From contig CAVPIW010000007.1 in the NCBI GenBank assembly GCA_963705105.1, positions 224,001-288,000 on the forward strand: a stretch of 64,000 bases of DNA, in the 5' to 3' direction. This document shows, one piece after another, positions 20,427 to 31,358 of this stretch (position 1 is its first letter; each line of letters begins with the position of its first letter). The DNA is from an uncultured Nitrospiraceae bacterium (GTDB lineage: Bacteria > Nitrospirota > Thermodesulfovibrionia > Thermodesulfovibrionales > Dissulfurispiraceae). Under the pieces are notes generated by a model. The model saw only the letters and a program-made list of their open reading frames with translations. It was not told where the DNA came from and ran no database searches. The translations under genes were made by a program, and so were the position numbers.

Positions 20427-20477
20427 AACACTCTCCTCATAATAACCTTATGCGCCCCTGTTTCCTTGAGGTTGTTC

Positions 20478-20582
20478 CACCCTTGTCCATAATATTTTGC
20501 AGCGAGACCTTGACAACGAGGACAGGGCGTGGTTTCTGAAGCATAATTCACGGTTGCCCTGCACGAAAAGACGGTGCAAAAC
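20478..20582 (+). repeat. Family C repeat, copy 1 (~105-bp direct repeat of 20780-20884)
   Basis: CACCCTTGTCC..AATATTTTGCAGCG.GACCTTGA.AACGAGGA..GGTTTCTGAAGCATAATTCACGGTTGCC. Confidence 0.85.
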
Positions 20583-20779
20583 AATCAAAAACCCTTTATT
20601 CAACGAATATCAGATTATCGGGGTCCTGTCCAATGATAATTTCTTATATGCTGATGATCCCTGCTAATAGCGACGACCCGCCCGAAAAGCATGGCGTTCC
20701 GCGGTATTGCGACGCTGGTGTCGTTGTGGGCGGGCATGACGGTTTTCTATTGATGCCGGGATGGCTTATAGTAAGAAGT

Positions 20780-20884
20780 CACCCTTGTCCGAAATATTTT
20801 GCAGCGGGACCTTGAAAACGAGGATAGGGTGTGTTTTCTGAAGCATAATTCACGGTTGCCTTGCGCGAAAAGACGGGGCAAAAC
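20780..20884 (+). repeat. Family C repeat, copy 2 (runs into MITE A copy)
   Basis: Near-identical to 20478-20582. Confidence 0.85.
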
Positions 20885-21049
20885 GCTCTGAAAAACAGTG
20901 TCAGTGTCAGTGTGAGTGTCCGCAAAAGGTTAATTTTGTTTGATCGTTGGTCTGCAATGGTCTGCACGGGAAGGCAGAGGTTTCGCAGCACCGATGCTTT
21001 TCGGCGCATTCGCCCCGTCTTTCCTGAGATCTCATTGCGGTGATAAGGG
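20853..21049 (-). mobile_element. MITE family A copy (left type 2 + short right module)
   Basis: GAAAAGACGGGGCAAAACGCTCTGAAAAACAGTGTCAGTGTCAG ... GGTTTCGCAGCACC... CCCCGTCTTTCCTGAGATCTCATTGCGGTGATAAGG. Confidence 0.85.
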
Positions 21050-21137
21050 TTTATTATGCGAAGAAATCATGCCCAATCCTCGTGTCACGTTATTTTGAAC
21101 AATAGTAAGAAGTACTATCTGCAAGGAGGTTTGTCCC

Positions 21138-21494
21138 ATGAAGAAAGGTTTGACAATAGTCGCCGCGGTGATGTCCGTCTGCCTGATCGGCCCGCTACAT
21201 ATGGCATCAGGCACTACGAAGCAAAAGACGGGGGAGTCGCTCTTCAACCAATTCTGCGCCGAGTGCCACGCCGATGGCGGCAACCTCATGAACCCACAGA
21301 AGACGCTGAGCAGGAAGGACCGTGAGGCGAACGGCATCAAGACGGCCGAGGACATCGTCAACAAGATGAGAAACCGGGGTCCCTTCGCGTCCCATCCGAG
21401 CAGCCGGACGACAATGAAGACATTCGACGAGGCCACCATTCCCGTCGATGACGCGTACAGAATCGCGAGGTATATCCTGGAAACCTTTCAGTAA
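21138..21494 (+). CDS. Monoheme c-type cytochrome (c6/c553-like)
   Basis: Signal peptide, GESLFNQFCAECH (CxxCH), distal Met candidate in TTMKTF. Confidence 0.88.
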   Translation: MKKGLTIVAAVMSVCLIGPLHMASGTTKQKTGESLFNQFCAECHADGGNLMNPQKTLSRKDREANGIKTAEDIVNKMRNRGPFASHPSSRTTMKTFDEATIPVDDAYRIARYILETFQ

Positions 21495-21510
21495 TAAAGA
21501 CAGTGTCAGT

Positions 21511-21927
21511 GTGAGTGTGGGTGTCAGTGAAAGGAGCGTTTGTCAAAAACGAAATGTTGACGCCCTCGAATGACTCAGTGACTTAATGACCCAATGACTC
21601 AATGACTATAGAGGTGAGTGTGGGTGTCAGTGAAAGGCGTGTTTGTCAATAACGAAATGCTGACGCCCTCGAATGACTTAATGACTCAATGACTCAATGA
21701 CTGTAGAGGTGAGTGTCAGTGTCAGTGAAAGGCGTGTTTGTCAAAAACGAAATGTTGACGCCCTCGAATGACTCAGTGACTTAATGACCCAATGACTCAA
21801 TGACTATAGAGGTGAGTGTCAGTGGAAGGAGCGTTTGTCAAAAACGAAATGTTGACGCCCTCGAATGACTCAGTGACTTAATGACCCAATAACTCAATGA
21901 CTATAGAGGTGAGTGTCAGTGGAAGGA
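21511..21927. repeat. Compound tandem array: 4 full units (103, 95, 103, 97 bp) + partial fifth
   Basis: Unit = GTGAGTGT(GG/CA)GTGTCAGTGAAAGG..GTTTGTCAAAAACGAAATGTTGACGCCCTCG + (AATGACTC-like)x4-5 + TAGAG; starts 21511, 21614, 21709, 21812, 21909. Confidence 0.95.
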
Positions 21928-21976
21928 CGGATTCTCGCGCAAAGACGCCAAGTTCGCCAGGCACGGCCAGAATATA

Positions 21977-22171
21977 CCTTATCGTTGCAATACACTCCCG
22001 GGAAAGGCGGGGTGTATGCGCCGAAAACCTTGCTGCGGCGACACCTTAACCGTAACAAAAAGTATCTTTCAAGCCAATGGTCGAAATATGATCCTCTTTA
22101 CTCACACTCACACTGTCACTGTCACTGTTTTTTTAGAGCGCTTCGCCCCGCCTTTCTATGCAACCACAGGG
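21977..22171 (+). mobile_element. MITE family A copy (left type 1 + short right module), TSD TATA
   Basis: TATA[CCTTATCGTTGCAA...ATGCAACCACAGGG]TATA. Confidence 0.93.
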
Positions 22172-22237
22172 TATATTCCACACACAGACACTGTCACCGT
22201 GCGGACACTGCTCAAGCGGCCTGTGGTATAGTACTGT

Positions 22238-22618
22238 ATGCTCTACGGTAAGAAGGCTATAGAGGAGGCCGTGCTGGAGATATGGGACAACCCGTCTCCG
22301 GAGCGGGATTACGAGATCTCCATCTCCTTCCCCGAGTTCACCTGCCTGTGCCCCCGCTCCGGGTACCCCGACTTCGCAACGATCAAAGTGCTCTACGTGC
22401 CGGACGCGAAGATCGTGGAGCTCAAGTCCTTCAAGCTCTACCTGAATGCATTCCGGGACCGGCACATCTCCCACGAGGAGGTCACGAACAGGATATTCGC
22501 GGACCTGGAAAAGGCCCTGGCGCCGAGGTTCCTCGAGGTGACGGGCGACTTCAACCCCCGGGGCAACGTGAAGACCGTCGTGCGCGTTACGGCAGGGCGG
22601 ACCTCGCCTTCTCGATAA
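22238..22618 (+). CDS. queF: NADPH-dependent preQ0 reductase
   Basis: [36 protein letters not shown]. Confidence 0.96.
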   Translation: MLYGKKAIEEAVLEIWDNPSPERDYEISISFPEFTCLCPRSGYPDFATIKVLYVPDAKIVELKSFKLYLNAFRDRHISHEEVTNRIFADLEKALAPRFLEVTGDFNPRGNVKTVVRVTAGRTSPSR

Positions 22619-23198
22619 ACTGCCGCATCTTTCTCAGGTCCTTCTTGCCTTTCTCCGACTCGATCCCGCTGCTGACATCCACGCCGTAGGGTCTGACCCA
22701 CTGGATCGCCCGCCCGACGTTGTCGGGATTCAGGCCTCCCGCAAGGATAACACGGCCGAACCTGCGGGCCTCCTTTGCGATGTCCCAGTTGAAGATCTGC
22801 CCCGTGCCGCCGTAGGACACGGGTGAATAGGTGTCGAGAAGGAGGGCCGACACCCTGTATCTCTCCAGAGGCCTCAGGTCGGTGAAGTCCTTCACTCTGA
22901 GGGCCTTGACGACCCTGTTCCAGTGCCGGCAGACATCGGGAGGCTCGTCGCCGTGGAGCTGAACGACGGAGATCCCCGTCTGCCTCACAATCGCGGTGAT
23001 GCGCTCCGGTTTCTCGTTGACGAAGACCCCGACGGCAGCGACGAAGGGCGGCAGGAAGGAAATGATCTCTGCCGCCCTTTCGGGCTCTATCGACCGGGGG
23101 CTCCTGTCAAAAAAGACGAAGCCCAGCGCGTCGGCGCCGTAATCGGCAGCGGCAAGGGCATCCTCCGTGTTGGTGATGCCGCAGATCTTGATCCTCAT
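22587..23198 (-). CDS. trpF: Phosphoribosylanthranilate isomerase
   Basis: [32 protein letters not shown]. Confidence 0.96.
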   Translation of the reverse strand: MRIKICGITNTEDALAAADYGADALGFVFFDRSPRSIEPERAAEIISFLPPFVAAVGVFVNEKPERITAIVRQTGISVVQLHGDEPPDVCRHWNRVVKALRVKDFTDLRPLERYRVSALLLDTYSPVSYGGTGQIFNWDIAKEARRFGRVILAGGLNPDNVGRAIQWVRPYGVDVSSGIESEKGKKDLRKMRQFIEKARSALP

Positions 23199-23211
23199 GA
23201 ATGCAAAACCA

Positions 23212-24564
23212 TCAGATCACTGCAAGCTTCGCGAGGGACTCCCGGATCTTCTCCTCGGGATAGGCGTAATCGATGAGCTTGCCGGCGAGGTAATCCGCAT
23301 AGGCGGCGAGGTCGAGATAGCCATGGCCGCTGAGGTTGAAGAGGATGCACTTCTCCTTTCCTTCCTCCTTGCAGAGCAGGGCCTCATCTATGGCCGCCCG
23401 TATGGCGTGGGCGCTCTCGGGGGCGGGAATGATGCCCTCGGTCTGCGCAAAGGTCAGGGCAGCTTCGAAGATCGCCGTCTGCCCGTAAGATTTCGCCTCG
23501 CAGAGTCCGTCATGATAGAGCTGTGACAGGAGCGGAGAATCGCCGTGATAACGGAGCCCGCCCGCATGAATGCCGGGAGGCATGAAGTCGTGGCCGAGGG
23601 TGTACATCATGAGGAACGGCGTCAGGCCGACGGTGTCACCGAAATCATAACGGAACTCTCCCTTCGTCAGGGTGGGACAGGAGCTGGGCTCGACGGCGAT
23701 GGCCCTCAGCTCCTTGCCGTTGATCTTGTCCAGGAGAAAGGGGAAGGCGATGCCTCCGAAATTGCTGCCGCCGCCGCAGCAGCCGATGATGATATCGGGA
23801 TAGTCGTTGACGAGGGCGAGCTGCTTCTTCGCCTCCAGACCGATGACGGACTGGTGAATGACGACGTGGTTCAGGACCGAGCCGAGGGCGTAGTTCGTGT
23901 CGCCGTGGGTCGCCGCATCCTCGACGGCCTCGGAGATGGCGATGCCGAGGCTGCCCGGCATGTCGGGATCGGCCTCGAGGAGTTTCCTCCCGGAATTGGT
24001 GACCGTCGAGGGGCTCGGGTGAACAGTGGCGCCCCAGGTCTCCATGGCGATCCTGCGATACGGTTTCTGGTCATAACTCACGCGAACCATATAGACGGTG
24101 ACCTCGATGCCGAAGAGCTTGCCCGCAAGGGCCATGGAGGATCCCCACTGCCCGGCGCCCGTCTCCGTGGCGATCCTCCTGATGCCCGCCAGCTTGTTGT
24201 AGTAAGCCTGGGGAACGGACGTGTTCGGCTTGTGGCTGCCTGCAGGGCTCACGCCCTCGTACTTGTAATAGATCCTGGCCGGGCTGCCGATCGCCTTTTC
24301 GAGCCTATGGGCCCTGTAAAGAGGGGAAGGCCTCCAGAGCGTAAAGATGTCGAGCACTTCCCCGGGGATGTCGATCCACCGCTGCGGGCTCATCTCCTGT
24401 TCGATAAGGCCCATCGGAAAGATGGCCAGCAGGTCGTCGGGTCCGACGGGCTGCTTCGTCCCCGGGTGGAGAGGCGGCTTCGGAAGATTCGGCATGTCGG
24501 CCATGATGTTGTACCATTGACGGGGTATTTCACTCTCAGGCAGGATGATTTTCGTCTCTTGCAT
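23212..24564 (-). CDS. trpB2: Tryptophan synthase beta chain type 2 (TrpB-like)
   Basis: [39 protein letters not shown]. Confidence 0.94.
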   Translation of the reverse strand: MQETKIILPESEIPRQWYNIMADMPNLPKPPLHPGTKQPVGPDDLLAIFPMGLIEQEMSPQRWIDIPGEVLDIFTLWRPSPLYRAHRLEKAIGSPARIYYKYEGVSPAGSHKPNTSVPQAYYNKLAGIRRIATETGAGQWGSSMALAGKLFGIEVTVYMVRVSYDQKPYRRIAMETWGATVHPSPSTVTNSGRKLLEADPDMPGSLGIAISEAVEDAATHGDTNYALGSVLNHVVIHQSVIGLEAKKQLALVNDYPDIIIGCCGGGSNFGGIAFPFLLDKINGKELRAIAVEPSSCPTLTKGEFRYDFGDTVGLTPFLMMYTLGHDFMPPGIHAGGLRYHGDSPLLSQLYHDGLCEAKSYGQTAIFEAALTFAQTEGIIPAPESAHAIRAAIDEALLCKEEGKEKCILFNLSGHGYLDLAAYADYLAGKLIDYAYPEEKIRESLAKLAVI

Positions 24565-24722
24565 GATCCCTCCAGGATGTTGTTTTTCTTATATACGTAA
24601 CGTCCCCCGGCGCCGTCAAGACGGGCATGATCGCTTCGGGCCATTACCAGTATATCATAAAGAGATATGTGATATAATAGCAGATTCATGAGGCTGAAAC
24701 GCATTACTGGAGGTGATCGCCC

Positions 24723-25925
24723 GTGAGTGCGCGCACGGAAAGACTTCCCGACGGAAAAGGGTATTTCGGCGCTTTCGGCGGACGGTTCGTGCCGGAGACG
24801 CTGATACCCGCCCTCGAGGAACTCACAAAGGCCTATGAGGACGCCTGCGAGGACCCTTCATTTCAGGCGACGATCGATCACCTCGGAAAGACATATGTCG
24901 GGCGGCCGACGCCGCTCTATTTCGCCCGCCGTCTCACGGAGCACCTGGGGGGAGCAAAGGTCTACCTGAAACGGGAGGACCTTGCCCACACGGGCGCTCA
25001 CAAGATCAACAACGCCCTCGGCCAGGCACACCTCGCCAGAAGGATGGGAAAGAAACGGCTCATCGCCGAAACGGGCGCCGGTCAGCACGGCGTTGCAACG
25101 GCAACGGGCGCTGCGCTGACGGGACTCGAATGCGCGGTCTACATGGGGTCCGACGACATTCAGCGTCAGATGCTCAACGTCTTCAGGATGAAACTCCTCG
25201 GCTCGGAGGTGATCGAGGTGCCTGTCGGTTCCCGCACCCTGAAGGACGCCATCAATGAGGCATTGCGCGACTGGACCACGAACGTGAGGACGACCCACTA
25301 TGTGCTGGGCACCGTCTTCGGACCTCATCCCTTTCCCCGGATCGTGCGGGACTTCCAGTCCGTCATCGGCAGGGAAACAAAACGGCAGATCGTCGAGGCA
25401 GAGGGAAGGCTGCCGGACCTGATCATCGCCTGCGTCGGCGGCGGCAGTAACGCCATGGGCATCTTCAACGATTTCCTCGCAGACGACGTCGCACTGACCG
25501 GCGTCGAGGCGGGGGGAAGGGGCATAGCCACGGGCGAGCATGCCGCGCGGTTTGCAGGCGGCTCCCTCGGCGTCTTCCAGGGATGCAAGAGCTACCTGCT
25601 CCAGGACGACGACGGCAACGTCCTCGGCACCCATTCCGTATCGGCCGGTCTCGATTATGCGTCGGTGGGACCGGAGCACTCGTACCTGCGGGAGCAGGGT
25701 CGGGTGACCTACCGGTATGCGACGGACGACGAGGCCCTTGCGGCATTCGAGCTTCTGAGCAGGACCGAGGGGATCATCCCGGCCCTCGAATCGGCCCACG
25801 CCGTGGCTGAGGCCGTCAAGCGCGCCCCGGAAATGCCGGCGGAGGCGATCATCGTCGTCAACCTGTCGGGCAGGGGCGACAAGGACGTTCAGCAGGTCGC
25901 CCGCCTTAAAGGCTTCGGGATGTGA
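24723..25925 (+). CDS. trpB: Tryptophan synthase beta chain
   Basis: [42 protein letters not shown]. Confidence 0.97.
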   Translation: MSARTERLPDGKGYFGAFGGRFVPETLIPALEELTKAYEDACEDPSFQATIDHLGKTYVGRPTPLYFARRLTEHLGGAKVYLKREDLAHTGAHKINNALGQAHLARRMGKKRLIAETGAGQHGVATATGAALTGLECAVYMGSDDIQRQMLNVFRMKLLGSEVIEVPVGSRTLKDAINEALRDWTTNVRTTHYVLGTVFGPHPFPRIVRDFQSVIGRETKRQIVEAEGRLPDLIIACVGGGSNAMGIFNDFLADDVALTGVEAGGRGIATGEHAARFAGGSLGVFQGCKSYLLQDDDGNVLGTHSVSAGLDYASVGPEHSYLREQGRVTYRYATDDEALAAFELLSRTEGIIPALESAHAVAEAVKRAPEMPAEAIIVVNLSGRGDKDVQQVARLKGFGM

Positions 25926-25938
25926 GGGGCAGGGACCG

Positions 25939-26736
25939 GTGACGAGAATCGGCGAGACCTTCGGCCGCCTCAAATCGCAGGGACGCAAGGCATTCATTCC
26001 CTATATCATGTGCGGCGACCCCGACCTGCGCAGAACCCGGGAGCACCTCGCTGTTCTCATCGAGGGCGGCGCCGACATCGTCGAACTGGGGGTGCCTTTC
26101 TCCGACCCCCTCGCCGACGGCCCCACCATCCAGAGGGCCGCGGAGCGGGCCCTGGAGGCAGGCGTCACCCTGCGCACGATACTCCCCTTCGTCCGGGAGC
26201 TTCGCCGGGATTGGGACATCCCGATCGTGCTGATGACATATTACAATCCCGTCTTCAGGTACGGCGAAGAGAGGTTTCTGATCGATGCCGCCCAGGCGGG
26301 CGTCGACGGGCTCATCGTCCCCGACCTCCCTCCCGAGGAGGGAGATTCGCTCCGTCTGCTCGCCGCCCGCGCAGGGATAGACACGATTTTTCTCGTCGCC
26401 CCGACGTCCGGGAAGGACCGGATTCAGGCGGTCGTCACTGCGAGCAGCGGTTTCGTCTATTATGTATCGATGACGGGCATCACCGGTTCGCGGATCTCCG
26501 TCGACAGTGCGCTGATGAATCACCTGAAGGCGGTCAGGGAGCGGACCGACAAACCCGTCGCAGTCGGTTTCGGCGTGTCGACGCCTGAAGATGCCGCCGT
26601 CATCGGCTCTCTTGCCGACGGCGTCATCGTGGGCAGTGCAATCGTCAAGAAGTTCTATGAGCATCCCAAGGGGGCCCGTGACTTTATCGTCTCCCTCAGG
26701 AGAGCGATCGACAGCGGCCCCGGCGCGGGGGCATAG
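25939..26736 (+). CDS. trpA: Tryptophan synthase alpha chain
   Basis: ELGVPFSDPLADGPTIQ, GITG, VGFGVS. Confidence 0.97.
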   Translation: MTRIGETFGRLKSQGRKAFIPYIMCGDPDLRRTREHLAVLIEGGADIVELGVPFSDPLADGPTIQRAAERALEAGVTLRTILPFVRELRRDWDIPIVLMTYYNPVFRYGEERFLIDAAQAGVDGLIVPDLPPEEGDSLRLLAARAGIDTIFLVAPTSGKDRIQAVVTASSGFVYYVSMTGITGSRISVDSALMNHLKAVRERTDKPVAVGFGVSTPEDAAVIGSLADGVIVGSAIVKKFYEHPKGARDFIVSLRRAIDSGPGAGA

Positions 26737-26783
26737 AAAAAGCCGGTGAGAGCCCCGGCAATCGTCGGAATGACAGGGATCCT

Positions 26784-27647
26784 ATGGCCTGGTTCAAGAA
26801 GAAAAAAGAAAGCAAAACGGACCGCAAGGTGAAAATTCCCGAGGGACTCTGGGTGAAGTGCGACAGTTGCCGGGAGATCATCTACAAGAAGGAGATCGAA
26901 AAGAACCTCCAGATCTGCCCGAAGTGCAATTACCATTTCCGCATCAGTGCCACGGAGCGCATCCATTTTGTCGTCGACGAGGGCAGTTTCACGGAGCTCG
27001 ACGCCGGCCTCGCCTCGCCGGACCCTCTCGATTTCAGGGATACCATTTCCTATGGGGAACGGCTTGACGAAAACAGGAAGAAGAGCGGGCTGAAGGAGGC
27101 CCTCATATACGGTGAAGCGGCGATCAACGGCAGGCCCGTCATCATCGGCATTATGGACTTTTCCTTCATGGGCGGCAGCATGGGCTCCGTTGTCGGTGAG
27201 AAGATCGCCAGGGCCGCCGAACTGGCCCTGGAACGCCGCATTCCCCTGATCACCGTCTCCTCCTCGGGCGGCGCGCGCATGCACGAGGGCATGTTCTCGC
27301 TCATGCAGATGGCAAAGGTATCGGCGGCGATCGGGAAGCTCAGGCAGACGGACGTCCTTTACATATCCGTCCTCGCCGACCCCACCTTCGGGGGTGTGAC
27401 TGCCAGCTTTGCCATGCTCGGTGACATCATCATCGCCGAACCGAAGAGCCTGATCGGGTTTGCCGGGCCCCGCGTCATCGAGCAGACCATAAAGCAGCAG
27501 CTTCCGGAGAACTTCCAGCGCGCCGAGTTCGTCCTCGAACACGGGATGATCGATCTCGTCGCAGACCGTAAGGAGCTGAAGCAGACCATCTTCAGGCTCA
27601 TCGACCATTTCATGCCGGCCCCGCCTGGAACACCGGACAACACATGA
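26784..27647 (+). CDS. accD: Acetyl-CoA carboxylase carboxyltransferase beta subunit
   Basis: LWVKCDSC..CPKC zinc finger, GGSMGSVVGEK, SGGARM, IGFAGPRVI. Confidence 0.97.
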   Translation: MAWFKKKKESKTDRKVKIPEGLWVKCDSCREIIYKKEIEKNLQICPKCNYHFRISATERIHFVVDEGSFTELDAGLASPDPLDFRDTISYGERLDENRKKSGLKEALIYGEAAINGRPVIIGIMDFSFMGGSMGSVVGEKIARAAELALERRIPLITVSSSGGARMHEGMFSLMQMAKVSAAIGKLRQTDVLYISVLADPTFGGVTASFAMLGDIIIAEPKSLIGFAGPRVIEQTIKQQLPENFQRAEFVLEHGMIDLVADRKELKQTIFRLIDHFMPAPPGTPDNT

Positions 27648-27699
27648 GATCATTGCTGTCCAGAAGCAGGACTTTGAGGCGCTTCGCCCTGCCTTTTCA

Positions 27700-27911
27700 C
27701 CTTATCGTTGCAATACACTCCCTGGAAAGGCGGGGTGTATGCGCCGAAAACCTTGCTGCGGCGACACCTGTATCGAAAGGGCAGACGAACTATACGCCAA
27801 TGGTCGATGACACAAAGAGTGGAATCCTGAAACACGAAACTGACGAGGCGTATCGTCGCCTTCAGCAAGGCTTTGAGGCGCTTCGCCCCGCCTTTTCATG
27901 CAACAGAAAGG
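27700..27911 (+). mobile_element. MITE family A copy (left type 1 + long right module), TSD TTCA, inserted into a right-end remnant of an older copy (27670-27699)
   Basis: GCGCTTCGCCCTGCCTT TTCA[CCTTATCG...CAACAGAAAGG]TTCA. Confidence 0.93.
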
Positions 27912-27948
27912 TTCATACATCTGCAATCAGAAACAGGACCGTTGTGTA

Positions 27949-29295
27949 ATGAGCTACGCTGAGGCGATCGATTACCTGTACGGTCTCCAGAAGTACGGCG
28001 TCAAGTTCGGCCTCGACAAGACGCGGTCGATCCTGGAAGCCGTCGGCAACCCCCACCAGTCATTCCGCTGCATTCATGTCGCCGGCACGAACGGCAAGGG
28101 GTCCATCTCCGCGATGACCGCCTCGATCCTCGCCACCACCGGCCGCACTGTGGGGCTTTTCACATCCCCCCACATGGTGAGCTTTACCGAGAGGATCAGG
28201 GTCGGCAACGTGCAGATCCCTGAAGCGGATGTCGTTCGCCTCACCGACGAGATACGGGACGCCATCGCGAGGGCGACACCCCGCATGCCCGACCCGACGT
28301 TTTTCGAGTTCGTAACGGCAATGGCCTTCCTCCACTTCAAGAGAAACGGCGTCGACCGGGCCGTCCTCGAAGTCGGCATGGGCGGCCGCCTCGATTCGAC
28401 GAATGTCATCATGCCCGCGGTCTCCGTCATCTCCCGCATCAGCTATGACCACAAGGACTTTCTCGGGTCTACCCTGACGGCCATCGCCGGAGAAAAGGCC
28501 GGGATCATCAAGGAGGGCATCCCCGTTGTCTGCGCTTCCCAGGACGACGAGGCCTTCAAAGTTATATCTGACAAGGCGCAGCAGACGTCATCCACCCTCT
28601 ACCTGTTCGGCAGGGATTTCGGGGGCACACTGACATCATCAGGCCCGGAGGGCATCGTCTTCGATTACAGCGATCAGGACCTTCATCTGCGCGATCTGAC
28701 CGTTCCTCTTGCCGGCGAACACCAGCTCTTCAATGCTTGCCTGGCTATCAAGGCGGTCCGCGTCGCCTTTGGCGATGCTCCTGAGCCCGGGGCCGGATAT
28801 GCCGATATCGTCAGGCTGGGGCTTTCCCGCGTCGTCTGGCCGGGCAGGCTCGAGTTCGTGAAGGGCGACCCGCCGATGCTCATCGACGGCGCCCACAACC
28901 CCGACGCCGCACAGTCTCTCGCCGCTTTCGTGAAAAAACACCTGGCAGACAGGAAGATCATCCTCATCCTCGGCATCATGGCCGACAAGGACATCGCGGG
29001 CATCATGACGCCCCTCCTCCCCCTCGGATCGGCGGTCATCCTGACAGCCCCCAATTACGGCAGGTCGGCCTCTCCTGCGCAGCTTGCGGAGCATGCGCGC
29101 ACCCTCGGTTTTCCCGGGTGCCTGACAGTGGAGACGATCAGGGAGTCGCTGTCAAGAGCGAAGAAACTGTCTTCCTCGATGGCGCCCGGCGGAGACGGCA
29201 TCATCCTGATCACCGGTTCCTTTTTCACTATCGGAGAGGCAAAGGAACTGCTCGGTGAGCGGCCCATACTCGGCGATCTGAGAGAAAAGCTTTGA
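27949..29295 (+). CDS. folC: Folylpolyglutamate/dihydrofolate synthase
   Basis: HVAGTNGKGS, FTSPH, EVGMGGRLDSTN, WPGRLE, DGAHNP. Confidence 0.96.
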   Translation: MSYAEAIDYLYGLQKYGVKFGLDKTRSILEAVGNPHQSFRCIHVAGTNGKGSISAMTASILATTGRTVGLFTSPHMVSFTERIRVGNVQIPEADVVRLTDEIRDAIARATPRMPDPTFFEFVTAMAFLHFKRNGVDRAVLEVGMGGRLDSTNVIMPAVSVISRISYDHKDFLGSTLTAIAGEKAGIIKEGIPVVCASQDDEAFKVISDKAQQTSSTLYLFGRDFGGTLTSSGPEGIVFDYSDQDLHLRDLTVPLAGEHQLFNACLAIKAVRVAFGDAPEPGAGYADIVRLGLSRVVWPGRLEFVKGDPPMLIDGAHNPDAAQSLAAFVKKHLADRKIILILGIMADKDIAGIMTPLLPLGSAVILTAPNYGRSASPAQLAEHARTLGFPGCLTVETIRESLSRAKKLSSSMAPGGDGIILITGSFFTIGEAKELLGERPILGDLREKL

Positions 29296-31358
29296 TCGTC
29301 CGCCTTCTCGCCCCTGTTTATGCGATCCTCCTCTCAGCCCTGTCAGCTCTGCTCCTGCCCGCCCATGCCGCCACACTCAAGGCCGATTCTCTCGAATATG
29401 TCAAAAGTGAAGACAAGTTCGTCGCCTCCGGCAACGTGCTCATCGAGCAGGAGGGAGCGAAGGTCTACGCGGACAAGGCGGTCTATTACCAGTCCGTCGA
29501 CTATGCCGAGGCTTCCGGCCATGTGCTGTATGAGGATGCTGAGGCGATCATCCGGGCCGAGGAGGCGGAGCTCCGTCTCGACGCGAAAACGGGCAGGATA
29601 CGGAACGCCGTCATCCTCTTCAAGCGCGGCAACTACTGGCTGAGCGGCAACAGCCTGGAAAAGGTCGGCGAGGACCACTACAGGGCCACCGAGGCGACCT
29701 TCACGACCTGCGACTCCGCCCCCCTCCTGACGCCATCGCAGTTCAGGGACATCTCCGTCGACATCCCCCTCTCGGAAGGACAGCGCGCCTTCGTGGCCGA
29801 GCGGCCCGACTGGTGCTTCAGGGGAAAAGACGTGGACATCGTCCTCGGGGAAAGGATGATCGCCCGGAATGCGAGCTTCCGCGTCCGGGGTCTGCCCGTC
29901 TTTTATTCACCCGTCGCCTGGGCGCCCGTCATGGTCGAGCGCCAGACGGGGTTCCTCTTTCCCACCATCGGGAACAGCTCCAGGAAGGGTTTTCAGTTCA
30001 GCCCGTCCTTCTTCTGGGCCATCGACGACAACATGGATGCCACAGTGTACCTCGATTATTACAGCAAGCGGGGTCTCGGAACGGGGCTGGAGTACCGGTA
30101 TGTCGCGCCGGAATTTTCCGGCGGCTGGTTTGCCTATTACATCAGGGACCGTGAATTCAACGAAGATTTTTTCGAGATCAAGGGGATCCACACCCACAGG
30201 AAGGGCCCCCTCCAGGGCTTTCTCGACGTGAATTATTTAAACGACACGGACTTTTACCGGGAATACGGCTTCACCAGGGGGAAAGATCTCTACAGCGGAT
30301 ACGGGTACAAGGGGGACATCTGGATCGACCGGTTCCTCCAGTCCACGGGTGAAGTCGCCATGCCCCTGCGGAATTCCCGTCTCTATCTGATCGGCCAGTA
30401 CTGGGTGGACCTGAACTCCGAGGACACCCGCCCTCCACAGAAGCTCCCTGAATTCGGCTATGCCGTCTATCCGACGGATCTGGGCCCCTTCAAATTCTCG
30501 CTCACCGCCGGCGCATCGAACTTCGTCCGCGAGGTCGAACCGAGCGGACAGCGCATCGACATCATGCCGACCCTAACGCACTCCTTCGGCGACACGGTGC
30601 AGTTTTTCCAGTCGCTCTCCCTCAGGGAGACGGCCTACAGCCTCAGGAATGAGGGTTCCTTCGAATCGACGCAGCACCGTGAAACCCTCGGGTACGAAGC
30701 ACAGGCCCGGATGCGTCTCTCCCGGAAGTACCAGGACCTGCTGCACATCATCGAGCCCACCCTGGAATACAGCTTCATTCCCGATACGGTCGACCTGCCC
30801 CTCTTCGACTCGACGGAGCTGTTCAACAAGATATCCGAGATCAGGCTCTCCGTCGTCAATACCCTGATCTCCAAAGGCCTCTTCGTGACGACGCGGCTGA
30901 CCCAGCCTTACGATTTCTACGGGGGAAGGCCGACGGACCCCTTTCTTCCGACGCGCCTCGAGGTGGCCATGAAATCGCCCCTTCACCTGCGACTGGACAT
31001 GCGGTACGACTTCTCGAAAAACAGGACCGATGTCATCAACAGTGAGATCGCCGTGCCGATCGGCAATCTGGGGAGCGTCTCGGCGGGAGAACGGTATGAC
31101 AAGTCGAACGATCTCCTCTTTTTTACCCTCGGCTTCGATGCCGCCCTCACGAAGAAAATGGCTTTGAATGCGAGCATCTGGTACGACGGCAAGGGCGAGG
31201 GGCTGCGGGAGTCGTCCGTGCGGGCCGTCTACCGGGAACAATGCTGGGTTCTCAACCTCATGTTCACGCGGAAGCCGGGAGACGCGACGAGACCCGTCGA
31301 ATACAACGCCGCCTTCAATATCGAGCTGAGGGGTGTGGGGACCCTGAAATTCCTGTGA
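29292..31358 (+). CDS. lptD: LPS assembly outer-membrane protein LptD
   Basis: ADSLEY, ATFTTC, RQTGFLFP, C-terminal QCW beta-barrel end. Confidence 0.88.
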   Translation: MIVRLLAPVYAILLSALSALLLPAHAATLKADSLEYVKSEDKFVASGNVLIEQEGAKVYADKAVYYQSVDYAEASGHVLYEDAEAIIRAEEAELRLDAKTGRIRNAVILFKRGNYWLSGNSLEKVGEDHYRATEATFTTCDSAPLLTPSQFRDISVDIPLSEGQRAFVAERPDWCFRGKDVDIVLGERMIARNASFRVRGLPVFYSPVAWAPVMVERQTGFLFPTIGNSSRKGFQFSPSFFWAIDDNMDATVYLDYYSKRGLGTGLEYRYVAPEFSGGWFAYYIRDREFNEDFFEIKGIHTHRKGPLQGFLDVNYLNDTDFYREYGFTRGKDLYSGYGYKGDIWIDRFLQSTGEVAMPLRNSRLYLIGQYWVDLNSEDTRPPQKLPEFGYAVYPTDLGPFKFSLTAGASNFVREVEPSGQRIDIMPTLTHSFGDTVQFFQSLSLRETAYSLRNEGSFESTQHRETLGYEAQARMRLSRKYQDLLHIIEPTLEYSFIPDTVDLPLFDSTELFNKISEIRLSVVNTLISKGLFVTTRLTQPYDFYGGRPTDPFLPTRLEVAMKSPLHLRLDMRYDFSKNRTDVINSEIAVPIGNLGSVSAGERYDKSNDLLFFTLGFDAALTKKMALNASIWYDGKGEGLRESSVRAVYREQCWVLNLMFTRKPGDATRPVEYNAAFNIELRGVGTLKFL

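Noticed and set aside
21511..21927. CRISPR array
   Set aside because: Units are near-identical along their full length with no unique spacers; no cas genes in the window
21913..22251. ORFs containing LSLQYTPGKGG.YAPKTLLRRH or MRRKPCCGDT (also at 15616, 17228, 43737, 58951 and others)
   Set aside because: Translations of the repeat element with inconsistent frames and stops between copies; N-terminal extensions of prpB, mntA and folC ORFs into the repeat were trimmed
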